The notes under the pieces: generated by a model
What the model saw: only the letters and a program-made list of their open reading frames with translations
Told to the model about the DNA's origin: nothing
Databases searched by the model: none
Source of the DNA: an uncultured Alphaproteobacteria bacterium
GTDB taxonomy: Bacteria; Pseudomonadota; Alphaproteobacteria; Caulobacterales; Hyphomonadaceae
Assembly (NCBI GenBank): GCA_903831255.1
Contig: CAIKWZ010000075.1
Coordinates: forward strand, 119,584-183,583
Length of the DNA: 64,000 bases
Direction of reading: 5' to 3'
In this document: piece by piece, positions 41,601-51,580 of the stretch
Layout of the letters: each line of letters opens with the position of its first letter
How positions within the stretch are numbered: position 1 is the stretch's first letter
Position numbers and translations under genes: made by a program

Positions 41601-43148
41601 TCAGCGAGTGTTTCTCGGGTCAGCAAGGATGCGCTGTTCAAGCTCGCTGAGCTCGGCAGATAACGCTGTATTGCCAGCTGCAAGCTTGGAAATCTTGCGA
41701 TAAGCGAACAGAACAGTGGTGTGATCCCGCTCACCGAACATCCGGCCGATTTGGGGATAAGAGCAGGTCGTCAACATACGGCACATATACATTGCATACT
41801 GACGCGGTTGAGCAAACTGTCGCCTGCGGCAGCTCGATTCCAGGTCCTGCTTCGTCACGCCATAAGCCTTAGCGGTAACATCCTTGATTGTGTCGATCTT
41901 TGGCGGCCGCGTTGTGAACCCGCCAAGCTGCAGCTGAATAGCCTTTTCCACCGAGGCGCGGGTAACAGGCTGGCCCGCCAGAACGGTTCCCACATAAACG
42001 TTTCGCACCGCGCCATAGAGCGCCCGCCCCGAAGCAGGGAGCCGATCAGCCAGCATATCGACCCACTCATCCTCGAAAACGAACGCCCCGTCGGCAGATC
42101 GAACCGCCTCAGCCTTGGCGCGAACAATTTCCCTTCTGAGATTTCGCTCCGGCAGGTCCATATGGGCAATCACACCGCCCTGGATCTCGTCACGCATACG
42201 GTCGTCCAGCGTCTCAAGCGACGCAGGCGACTGATCGCAAGCGAGCACGACAACTCCGCCGCCTGCGACAACCGCTCTGAGGTTCGAGAAAAACTCCACC
42301 AAAGTTCCGGGTTTGGAACAAATAAACTGAAAATCATCCAGCAGAACAACCTTCGCCTTCCGTACCTTCGCCCTGAGCTCAGAGGTGTCCTTCTTACGAA
42401 CGCCCTCGACGAAAGCGATCGTGAAATCCTCCGAACTCATATAGAGAACCGCACCCCGGCCTCTCGATGAAGAGAGTGCGGCCTCTATTCCCCTCAGGAG
42501 GTGGGTCTTGCCAACACCGTGCGGGCCAACAATCGTCACGACATGCGCAGCAACGCTCGCACCTAACGCCAGACGTCGAGCGAGGCCGAACGCAATGTTA
42601 TTCGAATCCCCCACCAAGAAGTTTTCGAGGGTCTGATCGGCCTCACTGCCGACGACCTCTTGAGTCTCGTCAGACGCGAGCTCGGCCTCGCCGGCGGGAT
42701 CCTCCTCCGCCGCGATCGACCCTGCCAGAGCCAGAACGTCCTGGGCGATACGCTCCCGAGCCTCAATCGCAACCAAACGGCCGCGGGGGTCTGCGTCATT
42801 CCACGCCTGCTGAATCAAATGACCAAAATTGCTTCGCACCCGGTCTCTCTCCAGCTCGCCGACCGCAGCGATGAGCACTTCCCCATCGACCTCAGCCACG
42901 AGCTCGAGCTTCGCCAACCAGTTCTCAAAACGGGCCTCCCCGAGCTTGGCCCTCAACGTCTCGCGGGCCCGCCTCCAGATATCCCCCACGCCGACATCTT
43001 CACGAGCCCCACGCCCCTGAGCCGCTCCAGCCACGCCGGAAACCGCACTAGACCCGGAAGATCCGGCCCCGCCGGAAGAATATCGAGTAGCCCCGTGCGC
43101 GCTCATAACCTGCCCCTCGTTTGCCGTCTCATAGCGAGCCGCCGCCAT
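41601..43148 (-). CDS. dnaA: Chromosomal replication initiator DnaA
   Basis: AAA+ Walker A VGPHGVGKTHLL, LLDDFQF, sensor regions, and the domain IV block RQYAMYMCR...SYPQIGRMFGERDHTTVLFAYRKI. Confidence 0.97.
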   Translation of the reverse strand: MAAARYETANEGQVMSAHGATRYSSGGAGSSGSSAVSGVAGAAQGRGAREDVGVGDIWRRARETLRAKLGEARFENWLAKLELVAEVDGEVLIAAVGELERDRVRSNFGHLIQQAWNDADPRGRLVAIEARERIAQDVLALAGSIAAEEDPAGEAELASDETQEVVGSEADQTLENFLVGDSNNIAFGLARRLALGASVAAHVVTIVGPHGVGKTHLLRGIEAALSSSRGRGAVLYMSSEDFTIAFVEGVRKKDTSELRAKVRKAKVVLLDDFQFICSKPGTLVEFFSNLRAVVAGGGVVVLACDQSPASLETLDDRMRDEIQGGVIAHMDLPERNLRREIVRAKAEAVRSADGAFVFEDEWVDMLADRLPASGRALYGAVRNVYVGTVLAGQPVTRASVEKAIQLQLGGFTTRPPKIDTIKDVTAKAYGVTKQDLESSCRRRQFAQPRQYAMYMCRMLTTCSYPQIGRMFGERDHTTVLFAYRKISKLAAGNTALSAELSELEQRILADPRNTR

Positions 43149-43420
43149 CGTAAAAAAACCAAATCTCTCCCTCAGGGCTCCAAGGGGGCCCCGGATCGAT
43201 CATCGTTTGCAATGGAGGTTACTCGCTACGGAGGAGAGTTTTCTTCCATCTCTCGCCGGGGTCAACTAGCTGACGGCGCCTTGGCAAAAAAATAATCGTC
43301 AAAAAAGTGTAAAAAAAGGTATTGCCACCTGATTTAATGAGGTTTTTTTCGTAAAGAAGCCCTTAACTTTCGAGTCAATAGCAATCGAAATGAGACGGGG
43401 AAAGAGGACCGAAAAGAGAC

Positions 43421-43455
43421 AGAAAAAGGGCGCAATGGCGATGTCGCCAGCCCCC
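43421..43455 (-). terminator. Probable rpsT intrinsic terminator
   Basis: The minus strand reads GGGGGCTGGCGACATCGCCATTGCGCCC (two short GC helices) followed by TTTTTCTGTCTCTTTTC, about 70 nt after the rpsT stop. The stem is imperfect. Confidence 0.5.
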
Positions 43456-43523
43456 GGCAAAGTGCCTGTACTCTATGAAATGAAACCGCTGGGCCTCAGG
43501 GGCAAACTAGCGGACGAACGATG

Positions 43524-43787
43524 TCAGCCGAGCTTCTTCACGCGGGCCGCCAGCCGGGAAACTTTCCTCGAAGCGGTGTTCTTATGAACAACCCCTTTTG
43601 CGACGCCCCTCATGATTTCAGGCTCCGCCGCTTTCAGAGCCAGGACCGCAGCCGACTTGTCGCCGCCCGCGATGGCCTCTTCCACTTTCCGGGTAAAAGT
43701 CCGGATGCGAGACCGTCGAGATTTGTTGACCTCGGTCCGCCGGGCGATTTTTCGCACCATTTTCTTGGCGGATTTCGTATTGGCCAT
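43524..43787 (-). CDS. rpsT: 30S ribosomal protein S20
   Basis: [30 protein letters not shown]... 87 aa, basic. Confidence 0.95.
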   Translation of the reverse strand: MANTKSAKKMVRKIARRTEVNKSRRSRIRTFTRKVEEAIAGGDKSAAVLALKAAEPEIMRGVAKGVVHKNTASRKVSRLAARVKKLG

Positions 43788-43937
43788 GGATCGACTCTCT
43801 TGCTGCGCCTACCCTCGATCACGGCGTTCGACACTGTCCGGACGTCAAGGGAGCGGCGTCTTACCAGCGTCAACGATCAAGGTCAATTCATCAACACACG
43901 GAATTCTGACGCTCGACGATCAGTATCGCTCCCATGC

Positions 43938-44714
43938 CTAGCGCCCGGAAAACTGCGGAGACCTCTTCTCGACAAACGCGGCCATGCCTTCCTTCTGGTC
44001 GTCCGTAGAAAACATGGAATGGAAAAGCCTTCGTTCAAACATGATGCCCTGACGCAGCATCGTCTCATAGGAGGCGTTCACACTCTCCTTGGTCATCATA
44101 GCTATCGGACGAGACATCGTGGCGATCTTAAGGGCGGCGGACCTGGCCTCCTCTAGGAGATTGTCAAGTGGAACCACGCGCGAGACCAGTCCGGCCCTTT
44201 CCGCCTCAGAAGCATCCATCATTCGGCCGGTCAGACACATTTCCATCGCCTTGGACTTTCCCACGAGCCGGGTCAGTCGCTGCGTCCCGCCGGCCCCGGG
44301 CATCACGCCAAGAGTGATCTCCGGTTGCCCAAAGCGAGCATTGTCTGCGGCTATTATGAAATCACACATCATCGCGAGCTCACATCCGCCGCCCAGAGCG
44401 TAGCCTGCCACCGCAGCGATAATAGGCTTTCGGACCGTGGAAGCCCTCTCCCAGTTTCGGGTGATGAAATCGCCCTGATAGGCGTCCATGTAAGAGAGAG
44501 AACGCATCTCCTTAATGTCAGCACCCGCTGCGAACGCCTTCTGCGACCCGGTAAGCACTATGCACCCGACTTCCGAATCCGCCTCCATCCGGTCCAAAGC
44601 CGCCGTCAGTTCCGTCACAAGCTCATCATTCAGCGCGTTCAGAGCAGACGGCCGGTTCAACTGTATCACGCCGACAGGGCCGGAGATCTCAACGAGTAGC
44701 GTGTTGTAGATCAT
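43938..44714 (-). CDS. Enoyl-CoA hydratase (crotonase family)
   Basis: [26 protein letters not shown], and [20 protein letters not shown]. The ATG at 44714 with GAGG upstream gives 258 aa. The ORF-track TTG at 44729 is an alternative start. Confidence 0.9.
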   Translation of the reverse strand: MIYNTLLVEISGPVGVIQLNRPSALNALNDELVTELTAALDRMEADSEVGCIVLTGSQKAFAAGADIKEMRSLSYMDAYQGDFITRNWERASTVRKPIIAAVAGYALGGGCELAMMCDFIIAADNARFGQPEITLGVMPGAGGTQRLTRLVGKSKAMEMCLTGRMMDASEAERAGLVSRVVPLDNLLEEARSAALKIATMSRPIAMMTKESVNASYETMLRQGIMFERRLFHSMFSTDDQKEGMAAFVEKRSPQFSGR

Positions 44715-44944
44715 GGTGTGTAACCTCAACTGACGATCGATGCGTCCCTCAACGGGACAAACTTGATCAATGGCCTCAAAGGCCGCGCCTGCAAAGACTT
44801 GCGCGAACGCGACACGAGAGCGGCATCAGGAAGCAGAGAGGGTCAAGCCGTCAAGCGCGCAGTCTGGCAAAGTACGGACACAGTCGCTCGAAAGACAGAA
44901 TTAAACAGACCGCGCTCCGCCTGCCCTTCAACAACCTTAACGCA

Positions 44945-45790
44945 TCACCTTTGGCATCGGGAGCAAAAAAACGTCGAACGACCAGACTGAACGATGCGCA
45001 GGATCGGCTGTCCGCAAACAGAGCACCCGTCCCCTTCGCGACCATAAACGTTAAAGGACATCTGGAACCGACCCGCAGCCCCATCAGTACTGGCGAAATC
45101 GCTAATGGAAGACCCCCCAGCGGCGATCGCCTCACCGATGACCTGCTTAATGCAGGATACCAATCGGCCAAGAGGCCGGACGCCTATAGCAACCGCCGGT
45201 CGCAGAGGGTTAATTCGAGATCTGAATAGAGCCTCGGCGACATAGATATTGCCGAGGCCCGCAACCACTGTCTGGTCGAGGAGGGCCTGCTTCACCGGCC
45301 CCCGACGACAGGCAAACGCAGCCTTCAGATACGCCGCGCTAAAATCCTCCGACAGGGGTTCAGGCCCCATTCCACGAAATCCGGAGTAATCACCGACCAT
45401 CCCCTCAGCGAGAAGGTCAACGAAACCGAACCGTCGAGGGTCGTTGTACGTGACGACCCCCCCATCATCCAGCTCGAAGCGAATATGATCGTGCTTGGGA
45501 TTCAAACCGGTGTCGTGGACATATTCGCCCAATCGTCCCCCGCCGACAGTGAAGCGACCTGTCATTCCCAAATGAACAATCAGGGTCACTCCCCCAGTCA
45601 TTGTCCATATAAGATACTTGGCCCGACGATCGATCGAAACCACCGTCAGCCCGGTCAAACGGTCAGCGAAACGCTCAGGAAAGGGAAATCGAAGGTCAGG
45701 GCGCCCGATGACAACAGAAGACAGGGTGCGACCCACAAGAACAGGGGCCAGACCGCGGCGAACCGTCTCGACTTCAGGAAGTTCCGGCAT
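44945..45790 (-). CDS. mutM: Formamidopyrimidine-DNA glycosylase (Fpg/MutM)
   Basis: N-terminal MPELPEVETVRRGL and the C-terminal zinc finger CSVCGQPILRIVQSGRSTFFCSRCQ. Confidence 0.95.
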   Translation of the reverse strand: MPELPEVETVRRGLAPVLVGRTLSSVVIGRPDLRFPFPERFADRLTGLTVVSIDRRAKYLIWTMTGGVTLIVHLGMTGRFTVGGGRLGEYVHDTGLNPKHDHIRFELDDGGVVTYNDPRRFGFVDLLAEGMVGDYSGFRGMGPEPLSEDFSAAYLKAAFACRRGPVKQALLDQTVVAGLGNIYVAEALFRSRINPLRPAVAIGVRPLGRLVSCIKQVIGEAIAAGGSSISDFASTDGAAGRFQMSFNVYGREGDGCSVCGQPILRIVQSGRSTFFCSRCQR

Positions 45791-45861
45791 GCCTCCAGCA
45801 TATAGCCCTTCTCAGGGGCTTCGCCTATGGTCCCATCAGAATCCCGCGGGCGCAGGACAAT

Positions 45862-46620
45862 ATGACCGAAGACACCGTCTCCTTTGGATACAGCGACATC
45901 TCGCCGGCCGAGAAGTCAAAACGGGTGAAGGCCGTCTTCGCCTCTGTGGCGCCTCGATACGATCTGATGAATGATCTCATGTCCGGGGGCGTTCACAGAC
46001 TCTGGAAGTCCGGATTGATCAACCGCCTGAACCCGCAGCCAGGTGAAACTCTGATCGACGTTGCAGGAGGGACGGGCGATGTAGGGCGGGCTTTTGTAGC
46101 GGCCGCAGCGAACGCCGGTCGCCGGAGAGGCCCTGCGAAGCCTGCCATGGCCATCATAGCCGACATCAATGAGGCGATGTTGGTGGAAGGTATGCGACAC
46201 ACAGATGACCGGTTAGTCCGGGTGGCGTGCGACGCGGCGGAACTGCCTTTCGGCGATCAGACAGCCGATGCGGTGACAATCTCCTTCGGAATCCGGAATG
46301 TCGTCAGGATCGATGCGGCGCTCAAAGAGTTTCGCCGAGTGCTGAAGCCGGGGGGACGCTTCGCGTGTCTGGAGTTTTCCCACATGACGTCTCCAGCCCT
46401 TCAAAGGGTCTATGACGCCTATTCCTTCACTGTCATTCCCAAATTGGGAGAGATCGTGACGGGAGACAGGGACAGCTATCAGTACCTTATTGAGTCGATT
46501 CGCCGGTTTCCGGACCAGTCCGCGTTTGCTCGACGAATTGAAGACGCTGGGTTCTCAAGAGTGGCCGTTTCTAACTTCACAGGGGGCGTGGCCGCCCTTC
46601 ATACCGGATGGGCTTGCTAG
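45862..46620 (+). CDS. ubiE: Ubiquinone/menaquinone C-methyltransferase UbiE
   Basis: YDLMNDLMSGGVHRLWK, SAM motif LIDVAGGTGD, and FGIRNV. Followed by ubiB. Confidence 0.93.
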   Translation: MTEDTVSFGYSDISPAEKSKRVKAVFASVAPRYDLMNDLMSGGVHRLWKSGLINRLNPQPGETLIDVAGGTGDVGRAFVAAAANAGRRRGPAKPAMAIIADINEAMLVEGMRHTDDRLVRVACDAAELPFGDQTADAVTISFGIRNVVRIDAALKEFRRVLKPGGRFACLEFSHMTSPALQRVYDAYSFTVIPKLGEIVTGDRDSYQYLIESIRRFPDQSAFARRIEDAGFSRVAVSNFTGGVAALHTGWAC

Positions 46621-46624
46621 CGAC

Positions 46625-48229
46625 ATGCTAAAGGCCCTCTCCGACTGGTTTCACCTCGCCCGGCTCGGGGCCGTGATGATCAGACATGATGTCATCCTGC
46701 CTGCGGAGTACCGGACCCGCGCACCGCTGGCTCTGAAGTGGATGGGGACGATCCTGAGGATAGCAAATCCGAAGGGTCGAAACGTTCGCTCAGGGCAGAC
46801 GCTGGCCTCTGAGCTGGAAACGATGGGGCCAGCATGGATTAAGCTGGGTCAGCTTCTTGCCACGCGACCCGACATCATCGGCGTCACAGCCGCCCGGGAT
46901 TTGTCTCGACTGAAAGACAGGTTGCCGCCCTTTTCCCAGAGCCTGGCCGATGCAACGCTGAAGGCCGAGTTTGGCGCTCAATCAGCAACCTTGTTCGCCG
47001 ACCTAGGCGCGCCCATCGCCGCCGCCTCAATCGCTCAGGTCCACAAACTCGAAACCCTCTCAGGAACATACGCCGTAAAGATATTGCGGCCGGGCGTCGA
47101 ACGGATGATGGACCGAGAGCTGAGAGCCCTCAGGCGCCTGGCCCGCCTAGCGTCAGACAAAGGATCAAAGACGGTTCGCAGGCTTGAACCAGAAGCGTTT
47201 GTCGAGACCATGGCGCAATCCCTGACGAATGAACTCGACCTCAGATTTGAAGCCGGAGCAGCGTCAGAATTTCGCGATATCGCAGCGTTGGACGGATTTG
47301 TATCCGTTCCTAAAGTGGATTGGACCAGAACAAGTCGTCGAGTGCTGACCACCGAATGGGTAGACGCGCGCAGCCTGACAGACCCTCGAGCGTTGGACGG
47401 CGTCAACCGACAGGATCTCGCAAATCGAATGACGCGAGGATTTCTCGCCTGCGCTCTCGATCACGGCTTCTTTCATGCAGATATGCACGAGGGGAACATC
47501 ATGGTCAGCCCCGAAGGCGAGCTGACCCTAATAGACTTCGGAATCATGGGCCGGATAGGAATGAATGAACGCCGCTTCCTGGCCGAAATTCTCCACGGAT
47601 TTCTCCAACGGGACTACCGACGTGTCGCAGAAGTGCACTTCGAAGCGGGATACGTTCCAGCGAACAGGTCATTGGGAGACTTCGCTCAGGCCCTGCGATC
47701 GGTCGGCGAACCGATATTCGGCCAGGAAGCATCGAACGTATCGATGGGGCGAGTGCTGATCCAGCTACTCGATATCACGGAGCAATTCGGCATGCGTCTC
47801 CGTCCGGAACTGATCTTATTGCAAAAAACTATGGTCCAGGTTGAGGGCGTATCGCGATCGATCGACCCGGATCACAACATTTGGACAGCGGCCCAGCCGA
47901 TTGTAGCCCGTTGGACCCGCCGGGAGTTCGGCCCCGAAGGACTTGCACGAACTATAAAAGAGGCGTCCCTGGCGGCGGTTCGTGCAGTCAGCCTTCTTCC
48001 CTCCCTTGTCGACCGCCTGCACCCGCCAAAGCTACCCGAGGAGGGGCCAAAGGCGCAAAAATCCGACCTCGCCCGAACAAGACGCCCAAGCAGATTGGTT
48101 TGGGCGATCATCGGCGCCGCAGCGCTCTGGGCGTCCGCCCACACAGTCCAGACGATCACCCTTGAAGGCGCCATGATGAGATGGGTCTCATCTCACCTCA
48201 TCGATCCATGGAGGGCGTTCTCAGACTGA
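46625..48229 (+). CDS. ubiB: Ubiquinone biosynthesis protein kinase-like UbiB (ABC1 family)
   Basis: KLGQLLATRPDIIG, PIAAASIAQVH, HADMHEGNIMV, and C-terminal TM segments. The ATG at 46625 lies 4 nt after the ubiE stop. The ORF-track start at 46490 overlaps ubiE. Confidence 0.9.
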   Translation: MLKALSDWFHLARLGAVMIRHDVILPAEYRTRAPLALKWMGTILRIANPKGRNVRSGQTLASELETMGPAWIKLGQLLATRPDIIGVTAARDLSRLKDRLPPFSQSLADATLKAEFGAQSATLFADLGAPIAAASIAQVHKLETLSGTYAVKILRPGVERMMDRELRALRRLARLASDKGSKTVRRLEPEAFVETMAQSLTNELDLRFEAGAASEFRDIAALDGFVSVPKVDWTRTSRRVLTTEWVDARSLTDPRALDGVNRQDLANRMTRGFLACALDHGFFHADMHEGNIMVSPEGELTLIDFGIMGRIGMNERRFLAEILHGFLQRDYRRVAEVHFEAGYVPANRSLGDFAQALRSVGEPIFGQEASNVSMGRVLIQLLDITEQFGMRLRPELILLQKTMVQVEGVSRSIDPDHNIWTAAQPIVARWTRREFGPEGLARTIKEASLAAVRAVSLLPSLVDRLHPPKLPEEGPKAQKSDLARTRRPSRLVWAIIGAAALWASAHTVQTITLEGAMMRWVSSHLIDPWRAFSD

Positions 48230-48369
48230 CCGCCCTATGGCGTCTTTCGGGAAGTGGCGTAATGCTTGCAAGATGGGTTGTCAGGATGGAGGCTGACAGT
48301 CAGTTGACTGATCAGCCCTCCATCAGCGGGTCGAAACGCGGCCCCGCCAGCCATTCGAAAGGACATGAC

Positions 48370-48690
48370 ATGATCCGTACTCTAGCCAGCCTTGCTCTGA
48401 TCGCCGCCTTCGCCGCATCCCCCGCATTCGCAGCGCCGGCTACTCAGTCGACGATGCCTGTTATCCGAGCGATCGCCTCAGACACCGTAGTGAATGTCCG
48501 TGTATCGAAGGGTGTTGTGGGACACACCAGGCGTTCAATGTACAGGACAGTGACAGTCGAGGCCTTTGACAACCAGAACAGGTCGTTAGGAACCTCAACC
48601 GTCTCTGTCTCCAAAAGACTGTCCTACGCGTCAGTTCCGCTCACCGCAGATATGAAATCTGCTTCGAAACTGACGGTCTCGGCTCAGTAA
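48370..48690 (+). CDS. Hypothetical small secreted protein (106 aa)
   Basis: The ATG at 48370 follows AAGGA. Signal peptide MIRTLASLALIAAFAASPAFA|A. The mature part is rich in Ser/Thr/Val and looks beta-rich. No family recognised. Confidence 0.45.
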   Translation: MIRTLASLALIAAFAASPAFAAPATQSTMPVIRAIASDTVVNVRVSKGVVGHTRRSMYRTVTVEAFDNQNRSLGTSTVSVSKRLSYASVPLTADMKSASKLTVSAQ

Positions 48691-48712
48691 AGTCTGACCA
48701 ACGACTGGGCGA

Positions 48713-49759
48713 TTAACCGCCGAAGCCAAACGAAAGTCTCAGACCGAAGAGGGTGGAGCGTTCTCCATCCTCTTCGATGAACTGAACCCCGGCATCAAGC
48801 ACGGCCGGTCCGAAGTCACGTCCGAGCGAAAGCTCGAACCGATTAAGATCGGCGCCGCCAGCAACGTCATTATCGTTCGAGCCGGAGACGATGGCGGCAG
48901 CGTGCCATTCCGCACGAGTGACCGTCAGACCCGCTGTGTAGAATGTACGCTGGGCGTCAGCGACGCCATCTGCATTGTCGAAAGAAGCGACCTCCGCGAA
49001 GGTATCGGTCGCTATTCCATCCTCATTGCCGAACGAATAGCTCACGCCGCCAACGAGACCGGTCTCGACCTCGTCACCCGGTTGAGCTGCAGCGAGACTT
49101 CTATAGCCAAGACTATATCCGACCCCATTGGTAAGCTGTCCGTCAAGACTGATCGCGTAGGACTCGAGACCCTCGGTATTGCCGGGCCCGCCGTCTGCAA
49201 GCTCAACTGCAGGCCTTTGAGTCCCAATGGACTCGGAGAGGAAGGAGCGGTCTGCAGTAAAGACGGCCGCAGACAAAACATGCTCGCCCTCAACTGGAAG
49301 TTTGATATCCCCGCCGAATCCCACTTTTTCAGTTGTCTCGTAAGCTTCACCGATCTCCGCACCATAAAGACCCGGAGCCAGCCCAGCCGCGGAGCTGAAC
49401 ACGGGATTGAATTTACCTGCATAAACCGAGAATGTGTCTCCCGCGTAGTGAAGCTTCAGCTCTTCCGCAAACAAGCCTTGGTTCTCGAAGACTGAGTCCC
49501 CCTCAGAATCTTCGACAGGCTCGAAGGTCAGCGCTGTCTCGACCGTCCAGCCCTCTCCAAACTCGAACTGAGCGCCATACTCAACCTTTGCTGCGATCAC
49601 GCTTACATCACCAGCGTCCGCATCGAGATTATCCCACGTCAGTTCAACAGCGGCTTCGTGCGAAAACCGACCCGTGTCGGTCGAGGCCTCCTGTCCAAAC
49701 GCAACGCCGCTCATCGCAATGCAAGCTGACACCAACGCTGTAGAAACTCTGAACTTCAT
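48713..49759 (-). CDS. Hypothetical acidic outer-membrane beta-barrel (porin-like) protein
   Basis: Signal MKFRVSTALVSACIAMSGVAFG|Q. Alternating amphipathic strands and Gly/Asp-rich loops. The C-terminus is LRLSFGFGG, not a canonical terminal Phe. The start could be 49771. Confidence 0.55.
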   Translation of the reverse strand: MKFRVSTALVSACIAMSGVAFGQEASTDTGRFSHEAAVELTWDNLDADAGDVSVIAAKVEYGAQFEFGEGWTVETALTFEPVEDSEGDSVFENQGLFAEELKLHYAGDTFSVYAGKFNPVFSSAAGLAPGLYGAEIGEAYETTEKVGFGGDIKLPVEGEHVLSAAVFTADRSFLSESIGTQRPAVELADGGPGNTEGLESYAISLDGQLTNGVGYSLGYRSLAAAQPGDEVETGLVGGVSYSFGNEDGIATDTFAEVASFDNADGVADAQRTFYTAGLTVTRAEWHAAAIVSGSNDNDVAGGADLNRFELSLGRDFGPAVLDAGVQFIEEDGERSTLFGLRLSFGFGG

Positions 49760-49871
49760 TGTCTGGCTCATTTGAAAGAATGGAAGGAGAACTCGTGTCT
49801 CTTCCATCTACATCAAACGAAATAACATCAGCCGAAGGCAGATGAGCCAATTCGGCCGCCGTCGTTTACCA

Positions 49872-49898
49872 CTTGAAAATGCGCGCGACAGCGCGCGC
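49872..49898 (-). terminator. GC hairpin plus U-tract (intrinsic-terminator-like) in the DUF853/porin spacer
   Basis: The minus strand reads GCGCGCG-ctgt-CGCGCGC followed by ATTTTC. It lies about 170 nt downstream of the DUF853 stop (50066) and about 115 nt upstream of the porin-like start. Confidence 0.5.
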
Positions 49899-50065
49899 TG
49901 AAATCAAGGCGGGGGCGCGCCTGGACAATGGCGGCGCCAATCATCGCCATTATAAGAACGCCTACCCTCCAGGCTGGGCGAGCCCCTGTGACCGCAAACG
50001 TTTATACGCGAGGATATCGAGAAACGTCTGTAGCGAGTGCTTTGGGTAGAAAGGCCGGGGCCTGC

Positions 50066-51580
50066 CTACCTCTTTCTCGACCCCAGCATTCCCCTGAGGA
50101 TATACTTTGTGAATTCTCGAGCGGCGGTCCGCAAGATAACGCCACTAGCCGCCTCAACCGGCCCCTGGCGCGAGGAAGCCGACCGACCCCGCATTTTCAC
50201 ACTGGCCTTGGAGGATTTAACCACCCCCGTCTCGTCGCGGGCCGACCGACGTTTTTGTGCATCTTGGGAAGATGCCGCCTGGCCAGAGCCAGCATTCAGA
50301 CTCTCATGCGCGGACGACCGGTCAACCCTTTGGTCATACCGACCAAAAAGGGAACTACCGTTGATCAACGCCGTCCTTTCACTATCCGCGAGCGGTCCGA
50401 CCCGGGATGACGGAGGTCGAACAAGCGTCCTTTCAACCACCGTGGGGATGCCGCTCGCATCAAGCGTCGACACCAAAGCCTCCCCTGTAGCCAGCTCGGA
50501 GATAGCAGTCTCCGCGTCAAATCTTGGATTGGGCCTGAAGGATTGAGCCGCGGCCCTCACGCCCTTGCGCTCCTGGGGAGTATAAGCCCGAAGCGCGTGC
50601 TGGATCCGACACCCCAGCTGAGCCAGCACCGTTTCAGGAAGATCCTTTGGATTTTGAGTTACAAAATAGATCCCGACACCCTTCGATCGCACCAGGCGCA
50701 CAACCTGCTCGATCTTTTCAATCAGCGCCTTCGGAGCATCGGAAAAAAGAAGATGGGCCTCATCAAAGAAGAAGATGAGCTTCGGCTTTTCGGGGTCCCC
50801 AACCTCCGGGAGAGATTCATAGAGCTCCGCAAGAAGCCACATCAAAAATGTGGAATAAAGGCGCGGAGATTGTATCAACCGCGTAGCGTCAAGCACATTG
50901 ACATACCCGCGTCCGTCGGGAGTGGTCCTCATCAGGTCAGAAAACTCAAGAGCAGGCTCTCCGAAGAACGCCTCACCGCCCTCCCGCTCCAACAAGAGCA
51001 GCTGCCTTTGCACCGCGCCCACTGACGCCGAAGCAATATTCCCGTATTGGACCTGAAGCTCTGAAGCGATTCCAGAGACATGAGCGAGAAGACTCCGCAG
51101 ATCTTTGAGGTCGACAAGCAGAAGCCCCTGATCGTCCGCGTACTGAAACGCGATCGTCAGGACGCCTTGCTGGGTCTCATTGAGCTGCAGAAGGCGAGCC
51201 AGAAGCTGCGGTCCCATGTCAGAAACCGTAGCCCTGACAGGATGCCCGGACTTCCCCCAAACGTCCCAGAAGGTGACTGGGGCGGCTCGATACTCGATCG
51301 GCCCGACGCCGATCCTTATAGACCGCTCATTAAGCTTGTCGTGGAGCCGACCAGCCGGATCACCCGCACATGCAAGACCCGACAGGTCTCCCTTGATATC
51401 TGCACAGAACACGGGAACGCCGGCCGCAGAAAACTGCTCTGCCAGCGTCTGCAGGGTGACGGTCTTACCAGTCCCTGTGGCGCCCGCCACGAGACCATGT
51501 CGGTTGGCCCGCGACAGAAGCAGAAACTGGAGCTGCTTGGCCTCTGGACCGCCGCCGCCGATAACAATGCCGTCAGCCAT
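50066..51580 (-). CDS. DUF853 / YjgR-type HerA-like P-loop ATPase
   Basis: RHGLVAGATGTGKTVTLQ Walker A, FFFDEAHLLF Walker B, GVGIYFVTQNPKDLP, and a basic C-terminal tail. 504 aa, the same size as E. coli YjgR. Confidence 0.85.
   Translation of the reverse strand: MADGIVIGGGGPEAKQLQFLLLSRANRHGLVAGATGTGKTVTLQTLAEQFSAAGVPVFCADIKGDLSGLACAGDPAGRLHDKLNERSIRIGVGPIEYRAAPVTFWDVWGKSGHPVRATVSDMGPQLLARLLQLNETQQGVLTIAFQYADDQGLLLVDLKDLRSLLAHVSGIASELQVQYGNIASASVGAVQRQLLLLEREGGEAFFGEPALEFSDLMRTTPDGRGYVNVLDATRLIQSPRLYSTFLMWLLAELYESLPEVGDPEKPKLIFFFDEAHLLFSDAPKALIEKIEQVVRLVRSKGVGIYFVTQNPKDLPETVLAQLGCRIQHALRAYTPQERKGVRAAAQSFRPNPRFDAETAISELATGEALVSTLDASGIPTVVERTLVRPPSSRVGPLADSERTALINGSSLFGRYDQRVDRSSAHESLNAGSGQAASSQDAQKRRSARDETGVVKSSKASVKMRGRSASSRQGPVEAASGVILRTAAREFTKYILRGMLGSRKR

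Noticed and set aside
43149-43523. The dnaA-rpsT intergenic region as the chromosomal origin (oriC).
   Set aside because: It is AT-rich, but I could find no sequence within 2 mismatches of TTATCCACA. Part of the spacer is the rpsT terminator. Alphaproteobacterial origins are often not next to dnaA. I kept it only as a promoter/regulatory observation.
50066-51580. The HerA-like DUF853 ATPase as part of an anti-phage defence system.
   Set aside because: It is a stand-alone YjgR-type gene of housekeeping-like size. It has no Sir2, nuclease or DUF4297 partner, no mobile-element context, and divergent or terminated neighbours.
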